In this document: piece by piece, positions 25,690 through 34,691 of the stretch
Position numbering within the stretch: the stretch's first letter is position 1
Layout: each line of letters starts with the position of its first letter
NCBI GenBank assembly: GCA_013349495.1
Contig: DUZK01000001.1
Location: 1 to 56,521, forward strand
Reading direction: 5' to 3'
Length of the DNA stretch: 56,521 nucleotides
DNA from: Deltaproteobacteria bacterium
GTDB lineage: Bacteria > Desulfobacterota > Desulfobacteria > Desulfobacterales > SURF-15
The notes under the pieces: model-generated
Databases searched by the model: none
What the model was told of the DNA's origin: nothing
Seen by the model: the letters and a program-made list of their open reading frames with translations, nothing else
Made by a program: the position numbers and the translations under genes

Positions 25690-27498
25690 ATGAGGAAGTT
25701 GATTATGAATGGCACAACAACGTCTCGTTCGGAAGATAAGACCCTTCGCCGGATTTATATTGGACACGCCAACACATTTCACGATCCGTCGATCGCCATT
25801 ATAGAAGGTGACCAGATTTTTGCAGAGGGGATCGAGCGGCACATCCAGTGCAAGCGTGCCTGGGAAAACCTCCGGCTATGGTATTCCTGGCGTGCCGTTC
25901 GTAAAGCCTTGAATGACCTGGGACTTTGGCCGGTAAAGGATGCGGATGTGGTCAGCGTCACCAGTTGGGATTACGACCTGCTAAAGGAAGTGGTAGAAAA
26001 CCGATTGGTGGAGTTTGACGGCCCTGGCGGTGTCTGCATGTTGTCGCATCATATGGAGATGGAACCGATATTCAATAACCAACTGGCATGGATTCTTCGG
26101 TCCTATCCGGCCAATTTCAGCGACCAGCCCCATGAACTGGCTCCCGAGATGTTTCAGGATTCGCACAATATTTCCATTCAGATAAAGATGACCAACCACC
26201 ACCTGGCCCATGCGGCCACTGCCGTCTACACCTCTCCCTTTGACGAGTGTATGGTGATGATTATCGACGGCTATGGGGAATGGACCACCAACAGCTTTTA
26301 TCATTTTCATGACAACCGGTTCGATCTGATCCATCAGCAGGGTATACACAGCCTGGGGTTAATGTATTCCTCTATCACCGAAATTTGTGGATTCAGCAGT
26401 CTGGAGGGGGAAGAATGGAAAATCATGGGGCTTGCCGCCTATGGGGCATTTAATAATGATATTTACCAATTCTTCAATGAGCGCATCGTCTTCGACGGCC
26501 TGAGCTTTGAGATCATATACGACCCGGAAATCTACTTTAAAACGCTCATGTCGCTGATCGGCGGAATGCGGCATCCGGATGATCCGGATGTCATGAAGAT
26601 CGCCGATCTGGCCCATTGCTTCCAGCGCTTTTTCGAAGAAACGGTGGTCAAGCTGGCTAAGGCAGCCGGAGATTTGTGCCTTTCAAAGAATCTGGCCTAT
26701 GCCGGCGGATGCGCACTCAACTCTTCCGCCAACGGGAAGATACTGGAGAACACGAATTTCGAACGGCTCCATATTCCCAGTGCTCCGGCCGATGACGGCT
26801 GCTCGCTCGGGGCCGCCTTTTACGAGAAATACGCCGCCCAAAAGGATGGGAATAGGTCTGTTGCGGTGATGTCGCCCTACCTGGGCAGCATGATCGATAT
26901 TGAGCGGCTGGAAAAGATTCTGTCATTTAAAGGCATCAAATACCGCCACCTGTCGGATGAGAATGAATTGTGTGAGGAGGTGGCGATTCTGCTTGACGCG
27001 GGCAATATTGTGGGCTGGATACAGGGAAGGGCGGAATTCGGCCCCCGGGCGTTGGGCAACCGATCCATTATCGCAGATCCCAGACCGGCGGATATGAAGG
27101 ATCGGATCAACAGCCGGGTGAAATTCCGGGAAGACTACCGGCCGCTGGCCCCCTCTATTCTCCATGAGTTCGGAGATGAATATTTCGAAGGCTATCAGGA
27201 AAGCCCCTATATGGAGCGCACCCTGAATTTCCGTGATGCGGTCAAAGACAAGGTGCCGGCCGTGGTCCATAAGAACGGGACCGGACGACTTCAGACCGTC
27301 AGAGAGGAGTGGAATCCCCGCTATTATCGATTGATTCACGCTTTTTACGAAAAAACCGGCATACCTCTGGTATTGAACACCTCCTATAATGTCATGGGCA
27401 AGCCGATTGCTCACAGTGTTGAGGATGCCATCACCGTGTTCTTCACCACCGGGTTGGATTATCTTGTGATCGGCAACTACATCTTGATGAAAGGATAG
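25690..27498 (+). CDS. Carbamoyltransferase (NodU/CmcH family)
   Basis: Signature blocks: HHLAHAATAVYTSPF, GRAEFGPRALGNRSIIADPR, KFREDYRPLAPS, VHKNGTGRLQTV, LVLNTSYNVMGKPI. The ATG at 25705 has GAGGAAG 6 nt upstream and may be the real start. The gene begins 6 nt after the PKS stop. Confidence 0.9.
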   Translation: MRKLIMNGTTTSRSEDKTLRRIYIGHANTFHDPSIAIIEGDQIFAEGIERHIQCKRAWENLRLWYSWRAVRKALNDLGLWPVKDADVVSVTSWDYDLLKEVVENRLVEFDGPGGVCMLSHHMEMEPIFNNQLAWILRSYPANFSDQPHELAPEMFQDSHNISIQIKMTNHHLAHAATAVYTSPFDECMVMIIDGYGEWTTNSFYHFHDNRFDLIHQQGIHSLGLMYSSITEICGFSSLEGEEWKIMGLAAYGAFNNDIYQFFNERIVFDGLSFEIIYDPEIYFKTLMSLIGGMRHPDDPDVMKIADLAHCFQRFFEETVVKLAKAAGDLCLSKNLAYAGGCALNSSANGKILENTNFERLHIPSAPADDGCSLGAAFYEKYAAQKDGNRSVAVMSPYLGSMIDIERLEKILSFKGIKYRHLSDENELCEEVAILLDAGNIVGWIQGRAEFGPRALGNRSIIADPRPADMKDRINSRVKFREDYRPLAPSILHEFGDEYFEGYQESPYMERTLNFRDAVKDKVPAVVHKNGTGRLQTVREEWNPRYYRLIHAFYEKTGIPLVLNTSYNVMGKPIAHSVEDAITVFFTTGLDYLVIGNYILMKG

Positions 27499-27503
27499 GT
27501 AGC

Positions 27504-28784
27504 GTGAAAATAGCACTCATCACAATGGGGACCTGGGGAGATGTGATGCCGTTTCTGGCATTGGCCCGGGGGTTGGAAAAGGCCGGTTATGACATCACTT
27601 TTGCCACGGTGATGGATTTTGAAGACCGGGTTCGGGAACTTGGCTTTGCCTATGTGCCCATTCATTTCAGTTTTCACGAATATGTGCATTCCGATGAGTG
27701 CAAGGCCTCCCTTGCCGGCAGTATCACGGCGACCCGACGGCATCAGAAGAATTTTTTCAGAAAACGGCGGCAGATGCTCGAAGACGCCTGGAAAGCAGCC
27801 CGGGGGGCCGAAGCGATCATTTTCAACCCGGTGGCGTTTCCGGCCTACCACATGGCCGAGAAACTGAAGATTCCCTGTATCATGACCTCGAGTACCCCCT
27901 GTTTGTCACCGACCCGAGCGTTTCCTTATATGTTTGTGACCTCGAATCATCTGGGCGGTTTCTTAAACCGGTTGACATACGAGTTTCATCGGCTGGGCAC
28001 CAACAGCGAGCGTAAAATCGTATCTCAGTGGTGTCGGGAAACGCTGGACACGAACCCCCCTCGACCGTTTATGAATTATCTCCGGATGAATGGACGTCGC
28101 GTTCCGATCTTATATTTATACAGTCCCAAAATGGTACCGAGTCCTTCAGACTGGCCGAAAACGACCCTGGCAAGCCATTATTGGTACCTGGATCAAGAGA
28201 GCCGATGGCAGCCGCCGGCCGGGTTGGAAGCGTTTCTTTTCCGGGGACCGGCACCCGTCTACGTGGGGTTCGGGAGTATGGTGGGAACAGATCCTGAAGC
28301 GATGACCCGGATTGTGGTCTCAGCCCTTGAAACATCCGGAGAACGGGGAGTCATCTGTACCGGATCGGGAGCCATGGCCAAACCGAATAAGCCGCCGGAA
28401 ACACTCTACTTCATAGATTCCATTCCCCATGACTGGATATTCCCGCGGGTCAAGGCGGTGGTTCATCATGCCGGCGCCGGTACGGTCTGGTCCGGTCTTC
28501 GATACGGCAAACCGACGCTGGCCTGCCCCATCGCCGTGGACCAATGGTTCTGGGCCAGACGCATCCATCAACTTGGGGTGGGGCCCCCTCATCTGTCCCA
28601 AAGACCCTTGAAGAAGTTTACCGCAGACAAACTGGCACAAGGCATTCAGACCATGGTGGACGACAAAGCGATGCAGCAACGGGCAGAGGCCTTGGGAAAG
28701 GAATTGGAAAAGGAAGACGGGGAAGGGAAGGCGGTTGAATTTATCAATCGTCAAATCGAAACCTGGCAGAATTATTTAACTTGA
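27504..28784 (+). CDS. Family-1 glycosyltransferase (MGT/UDP-glycosyltransferase type)
   Basis: N-terminal block MKIALITMGTWGDVMPFLALARGLEKAGYDITFAT. C-terminal nucleotide-sugar block HHAGAGTVWSGLRYGKPTLACPIAVDQWFWA. GTG start. Confidence 0.85.
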   Translation: MKIALITMGTWGDVMPFLALARGLEKAGYDITFATVMDFEDRVRELGFAYVPIHFSFHEYVHSDECKASLAGSITATRRHQKNFFRKRRQMLEDAWKAARGAEAIIFNPVAFPAYHMAEKLKIPCIMTSSTPCLSPTRAFPYMFVTSNHLGGFLNRLTYEFHRLGTNSERKIVSQWCRETLDTNPPRPFMNYLRMNGRRVPILYLYSPKMVPSPSDWPKTTLASHYWYLDQESRWQPPAGLEAFLFRGPAPVYVGFGSMVGTDPEAMTRIVVSALETSGERGVICTGSGAMAKPNKPPETLYFIDSIPHDWIFPRVKAVVHHAGAGTVWSGLRYGKPTLACPIAVDQWFWARRIHQLGVGPPHLSQRPLKKFTADKLAQGIQTMVDDKAMQQRAEALGKELEKEDGEGKAVEFINRQIETWQNYLT

Positions 28785-29608
28785 AACTCTTTGCGCTCAG
28801 CGATCTTCATCTCGATTACAAAATCAATCACGATGCCCTGGCGGCGATTCCGGAATATCCCGATGACTGGCTGGTTTTAGGGGGTGATATCTGCACCGGT
28901 TATGAAGATCTTCGGTATGCACTGACGATCCTCTCCAAACGGTTTTCCCGCCTGCTCTGGGTTCCCGGCAACCATGATCTCTGGTCCCGAATCGGCGGCA
29001 TCCGGGGAAAGGGGGAGGAGAAGTATTGGAAACTGATCGGAATCTGCCGGGAATTCGGCGTCTTAACACCAGAAGACCCGTATCCCTTATGGAACGGGGA
29101 AGGGGGTGCGCATTACCTGGTTCCCCTTTTTCTGCTCTATGACTACAGTTTCAGACCCGGTCACATCCCCACGGAACAGGCCGTGGAATGGGCCAATGAG
29201 AGCGGGATCATGTGCACGGACGAGTATCTGCTGGATCCTTCGCCCCATGAATCCCGTATCGCCTGGTGCCATGAGCGCTGTGAGTATTCTGAGGAACGGA
29301 TCAGGAAAATCTCGGGGGAGACACCCCTTGTCCTGATCAATCATTTTCCTTTGAGAGAGGATCTTGTCAGGCTGGTTCGTATACCGCGGTTTTCGATCTG
29401 GTGCGGAACCCGCAGGACCGAATCCTGGCACATGCAGTTCAATGCATCGGTGGTCATATCCGGGCATTTGCACATACGGAGCACGAATTACAGAGCCGAC
29501 GTCCGGTTTGAAGAAGTCTCTCTGGGATATCCGAAAAACTGGAACCAGCGACGCGGGATAGCTCATTATCTGCGTCAAATATTACCGTCACCCGATCCCA
29601 GGTATTGA
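28781..29608 (+). CDS. Calcineurin-like metallophosphoesterase
   Basis: Metal-ligand blocks SDLHLD, GGDI, VPGNHDLW, INHFP, SGHLH. The TTG start overlaps the GT stop (TTGA, 28781-28784). Confidence 0.8.
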   Translation: MKLFALSDLHLDYKINHDALAAIPEYPDDWLVLGGDICTGYEDLRYALTILSKRFSRLLWVPGNHDLWSRIGGIRGKGEEKYWKLIGICREFGVLTPEDPYPLWNGEGGAHYLVPLFLLYDYSFRPGHIPTEQAVEWANESGIMCTDEYLLDPSPHESRIAWCHERCEYSEERIRKISGETPLVLINHFPLREDLVRLVRIPRFSIWCGTRRTESWHMQFNASVVISGHLHIRSTNYRADVRFEEVSLGYPKNWNQRRGIAHYLRQILPSPDPRY

Positions 29609-29609
29609 T

Positions 29610-30362
29610 ATGGTCAATAAGACTCAGGAGTTTAGAATTGGATTTGATACCGGAAACAGATCACAAGAGCCCCTCGCGCTTGTGTTCCCGAGCGGATTGA
29701 AGACGGTTGCCGATCTCATGCCCGCCTTTCACCAACTCTTCGATCGGATCATTGCTTTGGAAGTAAATGGTAAGCCGATTACCTGCGGTCCGGAGTGCGG
29801 AACCTGCTGTCGGCAATTGGTTCCAATTTCCCTGCCTGAAGCGTTTTATCTCAAATCCATACTGAACGAGCTGAAACCGAAGAGATGTAAACGGGTCAAA
29901 CACCGGATTGCGGCAATCCTGGAAAAGGTAAAAGATGCAGGGCTTCTTTCAGCTGTCTTGAATCCCAGGGAGAACATGGAGGTGGATACCGCGTATTTTA
30001 AACTCGGGTTGCCCTGCCCCTTTTTGGAGGAGAATTCATGCAGCATTCACCCGTTTCGGCCCCTGGCTTGCAGGGAATACCTGGTCACATCGGATAAGCA
30101 GTACTGTCGTAACCCCCATGGCGATGAAGTGAACCGGATCCGGATCAAGCGAAACATGGCCGCAATGCTGGCGGTCTTTGCCTCCGGGCTATATCAGGTA
30201 CCCAAGGCGCCGATTCCGCTGTTTTATTTTATGGTGTATTCCGAAAAGATTGAAAGACCGGGCCAGCTGAAATGGCCGGCCCGATCGATTCTCGATAGAT
30301 TTCTAAGTGGTCTGGTGAAGTTAAATGACGAGAACCTGCAGATTTCCATTCAGGATACTTGA
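29610..30362 (+). CDS. YkgJ/UPF0153-family cysteine-cluster protein (putative Zn/Fe-chelating domain; family includes flagellin N-methylase FliB)
   Basis: TCGPECGTCCRQLVPI and CPFLEENSCSIHPFRPLACREY match the CxxCxxCC ... CxFL..C.I...RP..CR pattern of this family. Confidence 0.75.
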   Translation: MVNKTQEFRIGFDTGNRSQEPLALVFPSGLKTVADLMPAFHQLFDRIIALEVNGKPITCGPECGTCCRQLVPISLPEAFYLKSILNELKPKRCKRVKHRIAAILEKVKDAGLLSAVLNPRENMEVDTAYFKLGLPCPFLEENSCSIHPFRPLACREYLVTSDKQYCRNPHGDEVNRIRIKRNMAAMLAVFASGLYQVPKAPIPLFYFMVYSEKIERPGQLKWPARSILDRFLSGLVKLNDENLQISIQDT

Positions 30363-30374
30363 GATACTCAGACC

Positions 30375-32447
30375 ATGAGACAAACATATTCGAATTCAAG
30401 CTTTGATCCCCTAACCGAAGACCTCCTCAGGTATCTGGAACGTGTCCATGATGTGTACCTGCCCCGACGACTCCTCGATTTTGCCATAGATAAAGAAATG
30501 CAGCTGGCTTTTCAGAAGACCTGCGAGCGTGCCGTTAAGGGCCGAAACCGGGTGCACAGCCTTCATATGGGTATCGGTGCCCCTTTCACCGCCATGCTGG
30601 CCGTAAGGGCCGGGGCATCTCGGGCGACCATCTGTGAGAAATGGCCTCATCTGGCCGCCGTTTATCAGACGCTCATAGACACAAACGGAATGGTTGATAC
30701 GATTCGCGTCATTAACAAGACCTTGAGCGAAATGAGACTAAAGGAGGATTTTGCGTTTCCACCCAATTTGCTGATTCTGGATTCTATGGGCGCCGGATTT
30801 TCCGGAAACAGCTTCGGTGCCGCCATCCGGTTTGCCAGAAAGGAACTGCTTTCACCGGATGCCGAAATCATTCCCAAAGGCGCATCCCTGTTTGCAGTCC
30901 CCATGGAATTGCGGACCGGTTTAGTCTGTGGTTTCGATTTGAACGCTTTTAACAGGTACCGGTGGACTCCGATCTATGAGGAGATCCGGTTGGATCAGCA
31001 AGAATACAAACCCCTGGCTGACCCGTTTGTTTGCGTTGAGTTTGATTTTTTGGACCCTTTAATCCCTGAAGACAAGACCTTTGCGGTTACCCCTGAACAT
31101 TCCGGTATATGGAATGCCACGGCCTGGTGGTATGATCTGGTGCTCGATGAGGAGACAGTCCTCGCCACCGATCCTCAAAGCGGGACTTCTTCTCGCCGGG
31201 TCCAGGCATTACAGTATCTGGAAAAGGAGGTTCATGTCACCAATGGGGAAGTTTTTGAAATCCGTGTCAGGCATGACGGCAGACATATCCGCTTTGAACC
31301 GGAGAGTACCCATTCGGATGATTCGGTAATATCCACGGTCCGACTGGGACCCGCTGTTCCGCACTGGCACTTTCCCATGATTGCTGATGAAACCCGTAAT
31401 GACAAATATGAAGAAGCCATTGTTCGTGCCGTCCGTGGCGTGGAAAACCCCAGGGCCCTTGATATCGGCACCGGCACCGGTCTGCTTGCCATGATGGCCT
31501 CCCGGGCCGGGGCGGCCGGGGTGACCGCCTGTGAGATGATTCCGCACATGGCAAAAACCGCCGGAGAGATATTGGAGACGAACCGGTTTGGGAATAAGGT
31601 TCATCTTGTAGCCAAATCTTCTTTCGATATAGAGATACCCCTGGATATGAAGGAGAAGGCGAACATCCTGATCTCTGAAACAGTGGACCACAGCCTTCTG
31701 GGAGAAGGGTTTTTGGCAGCGCTTCAGCATGCCAGGGAGTTTCTCCTGGTAGACGACCCTGCCATCATCCCGGCAGGAGCCCTGGTTTATGCCTCAGGTG
31801 TCGAGATCAGAACGGAAGACGTCCGGGGATTCGACTTTACCCCGATAAACCTGCTCCGGTTGAATCACTACACCTGTATGGATTTGAACCGGGTGGAACA
31901 CCGCAGGTTGACAAATGAAAGCGAGGTTTTCCGGTTCGATTTCTATCAGCGAGATTTTAAACCCACCCAGAAGGTGTTTGAACTTCCGGTAATCAATGAC
32001 GGTAAATGCAATGCCATTGCTTTTTGGTATCGCCTGATGCTGGACAAAGAGACGTTTATCGATACCGGGCCGGATTCGGGAACCATTGCATGGCAACAGG
32101 CAGTAGTTTTCCTGGACCGTGAGGTTAACATCCAAAACGGAGATGTATTGCCCATTATTGGTTATTATGATCAACACATGCTTGGTTTCAGCATCGATAC
32201 CATGGGATGCATGCTTAACGGAATTTCCATGGATTCAGGAGATCGCCCCTTCTGGTTTAAACGCCTGATGGAGGAGGAAACAGATTTTCAGTCCTATACA
32301 AAGGAGATAAGCGAGCGTGTTCGTAACGCTGGAGAAGGGGCTGCAAATCAAGCCTTGAAAAATATAGCGGACAATATGGATAAATTGGGTTTTGATCCGT
32401 TGATAGTCTCGGATTTTATTATTCAGATTGGATATCACTTGCAATGA
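30375..32447 (+). CDS. Tandem two-module PRMT-fold (protein-arginine-methyltransferase-like) SAM-dependent methyltransferase; N-terminal module degenerate
   Basis: The C-terminal module has HFPMIADETRNDKYEEAI, LDIGTGTGLLAMMASRAGA (GAT at 31461) and ILISETVDHSLLGEGF (Glu codons 31677 and 31704, double-E spacing). It also has TIAWQQAVVFL at the THW-loop position. The N-terminal module is a clear paralogue with degraded motifs (HMGIGAPFT, LILDSMGAGFSGNSF). Confidence 0.75.
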   Translation: MRQTYSNSSFDPLTEDLLRYLERVHDVYLPRRLLDFAIDKEMQLAFQKTCERAVKGRNRVHSLHMGIGAPFTAMLAVRAGASRATICEKWPHLAAVYQTLIDTNGMVDTIRVINKTLSEMRLKEDFAFPPNLLILDSMGAGFSGNSFGAAIRFARKELLSPDAEIIPKGASLFAVPMELRTGLVCGFDLNAFNRYRWTPIYEEIRLDQQEYKPLADPFVCVEFDFLDPLIPEDKTFAVTPEHSGIWNATAWWYDLVLDEETVLATDPQSGTSSRRVQALQYLEKEVHVTNGEVFEIRVRHDGRHIRFEPESTHSDDSVISTVRLGPAVPHWHFPMIADETRNDKYEEAIVRAVRGVENPRALDIGTGTGLLAMMASRAGAAGVTACEMIPHMAKTAGEILETNRFGNKVHLVAKSSFDIEIPLDMKEKANILISETVDHSLLGEGFLAALQHAREFLLVDDPAIIPAGALVYASGVEIRTEDVRGFDFTPINLLRLNHYTCMDLNRVEHRRLTNESEVFRFDFYQRDFKPTQKVFELPVINDGKCNAIAFWYRLMLDKETFIDTGPDSGTIAWQQAVVFLDREVNIQNGDVLPIIGYYDQHMLGFSIDTMGCMLNGISMDSGDRPFWFKRLMEEETDFQSYTKEISERVRNAGEGAANQALKNIADNMDKLGFDPLIVSDFIIQIGYHLQ

Positions 32448-32516
32448 TATGGGTTCGGACAGGATAACAGAAGATTTAGAATTAATGAATATTCATTACA
32501 TATTTCGGTAAAAGCC

Positions 32517-33311
32517 ATGCAACATATGGGGAGCAAACTAAATTTAAAAACGAATGAAATCCATCTGTGGTTTGCGTTTCCGGATGAAATTCGGGACCCG
32601 AATCTGCTTTCTGAATATAAGAAACTGCTTACTCCGGAAGAGGGGAAAAAACAGCAGCGATTCTACTTTGAAAAACATCGCCATCAATATCTGGTGACCC
32701 GTGCCCTGGTTCGAACAACGCTTTCCCGGTACACGGGCATTCCGGTTTCCGATCTCAGATTTGATCGAAACAAATACGGCAGACCGGAGCTCGTGGTCGT
32801 TCCCAAAGACTTTCCCATTCGGTTCAATCTGTCTCATACAGACGGACTCATTGCCTGTGCAGTTGTGCTGAATCAGGACATAGGGGTGGATGTTGAAGAC
32901 ATGACGCGCAGGGAGATATCCCTTGAAACTGCGGATCGTTTTTTTTCCAAAACCGAGGTTCGTGATCTCCATCAAGTGCTTGAGAGCAAAAAACGAGATC
33001 GATTCTTTGAATATTGGACGCTTAAGGAGTCGTATATTAAAGCGCGGGGCATGGGATTGTCCTTACCGTTGGAACAATTCAGCTTTCACCTATCGGAAAA
33101 TGAATCGCTGAGAATTTCTTTTGATCCAAGGTTGTCCGATGATCCGGATCGCTGGCGGTTTTGGCTGCTGAAACCCACCGGGCGTCACAAAGCAGCAGTT
33201 GCAATTTGTGGAGAAAACCGGGGCGCCTATGAATTAACGATTCGGAAAGCGGTTCCGTTGTCGGCAGCGGAAGATTTCCCATGCGCCATTGTAAAACACT
33301 CGGATATATGA
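32517..33311 (+). CDS. Sfp-type 4'-phosphopantetheinyl transferase
   Basis: RFNLSHTDGLIACAV, IGVDVEDM, FFEYWTLKESYIKARG. Confidence 0.9.
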   Translation: MQHMGSKLNLKTNEIHLWFAFPDEIRDPNLLSEYKKLLTPEEGKKQQRFYFEKHRHQYLVTRALVRTTLSRYTGIPVSDLRFDRNKYGRPELVVVPKDFPIRFNLSHTDGLIACAVVLNQDIGVDVEDMTRREISLETADRFFSKTEVRDLHQVLESKKRDRFFEYWTLKESYIKARGMGLSLPLEQFSFHLSENESLRISFDPRLSDDPDRWRFWLLKPTGRHKAAVAICGENRGAYELTIRKAVPLSAAEDFPCAIVKHSDI

Positions 33312-33370
33312 ACGGTGTAGCCTACCGGGCGGGTATGGTTTAAACCTTGTAATTCAGAGTTAGTTTCTCC

Positions 33371-33399
33371 TTGACACATATTATCAATTTGCCTACATT
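33371..33399 (+). promoter_or_regulatory. Candidate sigma70-type promoter for the 33497 gene
   Basis: TTGACA (33371-33376), a 17-nt spacer, then TACATT (33394-33399), in an AT-rich gap about 100 nt upstream of the ATG. This is a pattern match only. Confidence 0.25.
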
Positions 33400-33496
33400 G
33401 ACTTCACAGATTCGCTTAATATTTTGAATATCAACGGTTGACCGTAACATCTCCAGAGAATTAACCAAACAGTAAGCAGCGTAATAGGGCAAAGCC

Positions 33497-34663
33497 ATGA
33501 AAGTAATTTCCAGGTTTTTGATTTCCGTTATATTCATTTTCTTTGCGGCCGGCCACAGTCCGTTGGCGGCTGAGAATCAACTTTTTAAGTCCGCTCCGGA
33601 AGATTATAAGGGAAAAAAATGGCGCATCGGGTATTACCAGGGGGGTGATTATAGCGATTATCAACTGGTTCTGATTTCAACCATAAAGGGATTGATGGAA
33701 CTGGGCTGGATTGAAAAGGATGAAATCCCATCTCCGCCGGATGATAAAAATCGATCGATTTGGGATTGGCTTTCAACAAGGGCAAAAAGTAAATACTTAG
33801 AGTTTGTAGATGATGCATTTTATACCACAAACTGGACCGATGATCTCAGAAAAGAGATAACCGATAAGATCATCCAGAGACTCAATGAGAAAAAAGATAT
33901 CGACCTCATGTTTGCGTACGGTACCTGGGCCGGACAGGATCTTGCTAACAACAGGCATCAAACCCCTACACTTGTTTTCTCAGTCAGCGAACCGATTTCA
34001 GCCGGTATTATAAAGAGTGTTGAAGATTCAGGATTTGACCATGTTCATTCAAGAATCGATCCTGAGCGATATGAAAGACAGATTCGGATTTTTCACGATA
34101 TTATTAGGTTTAAGCGATTGGGCCTTGCATATGATAACACCGAGGCGGGACGAACCTATGGTGCCATCGACAAAGTCGAAAGAGTTGCCGAGGAGCTTAA
34201 TTTTAAACTGGTCCGGTGTTTTGCTGAAGCCGCAGTGCCCCAAAAGCGGATTGCTGAAAATAATATGATCAATTGCTGGAAAGAACTGAAGGGCAGAGTC
34301 GATGCGATTTACGTGACCAAGCATTTGGGTGTGCAGCTCAGAAGTATCCCCAAACTTGTCAATATCGCCAATTCCGCAAGGATTCCCACGTTTTCCCAAA
34401 CCGGTTCTGAAGAGGTTAAATACGGTTTTCTCTTAAGTATTGCCACCTCCAGCTTGGATCCCCTGGGCCGATTTCACGCGGAAGTTCTCGGAAAAGTATT
34501 CAATGGCGCAAAACCCCGTCAGCTCGCCCAATATTTCGAAAGCCCGCAGCGAATCGCAATTAATTTGGCAACGGCTGAAAGCATCGGGTATGAGCCGCCG
34601 GTGGATGTTTTAAGTGCGGCTGATGAGGTTTATCTTGAGACACAGACGCCGGAATCCAAGTAG
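33497..34663 (+). CDS. Periplasmic solute-binding protein (ABC-type substrate-binding family), orphan
   Basis: Signal peptide MKVISRFLISVIFIFFAAGHSPLAAE. The body resembles BMP/Trp-type ABC substrate binders (RIPTFSQTGSEEVKYGFLLSIA, IAINLATAESIGYEPP). No permease or ATPase gene is adjacent. Confidence 0.6.
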   Translation: MKVISRFLISVIFIFFAAGHSPLAAENQLFKSAPEDYKGKKWRIGYYQGGDYSDYQLVLISTIKGLMELGWIEKDEIPSPPDDKNRSIWDWLSTRAKSKYLEFVDDAFYTTNWTDDLRKEITDKIIQRLNEKKDIDLMFAYGTWAGQDLANNRHQTPTLVFSVSEPISAGIIKSVEDSGFDHVHSRIDPERYERQIRIFHDIIRFKRLGLAYDNTEAGRTYGAIDKVERVAEELNFKLVRCFAEAAVPQKRIAENNMINCWKELKGRVDAIYVTKHLGVQLRSIPKLVNIANSARIPTFSQTGSEEVKYGFLLSIATSSLDPLGRFHAEVLGKVFNGAKPRQLAQYFESPQRIAINLATAESIGYEPPVDVLSAADEVYLETQTPESK

Positions 34664-34691
34664 GGTCATTTCAATTCAAAACTCCTTATGG

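Noticed and set aside
33340-33664. Small minus-strand ORFs 33340-33537 and 33461-33664, and the 39617-39805 ORF
   Set aside because: They lie in AT-rich intergenic or promoter regions or overlap the start of the 33497 gene. They have no RBS and no recognisable features.
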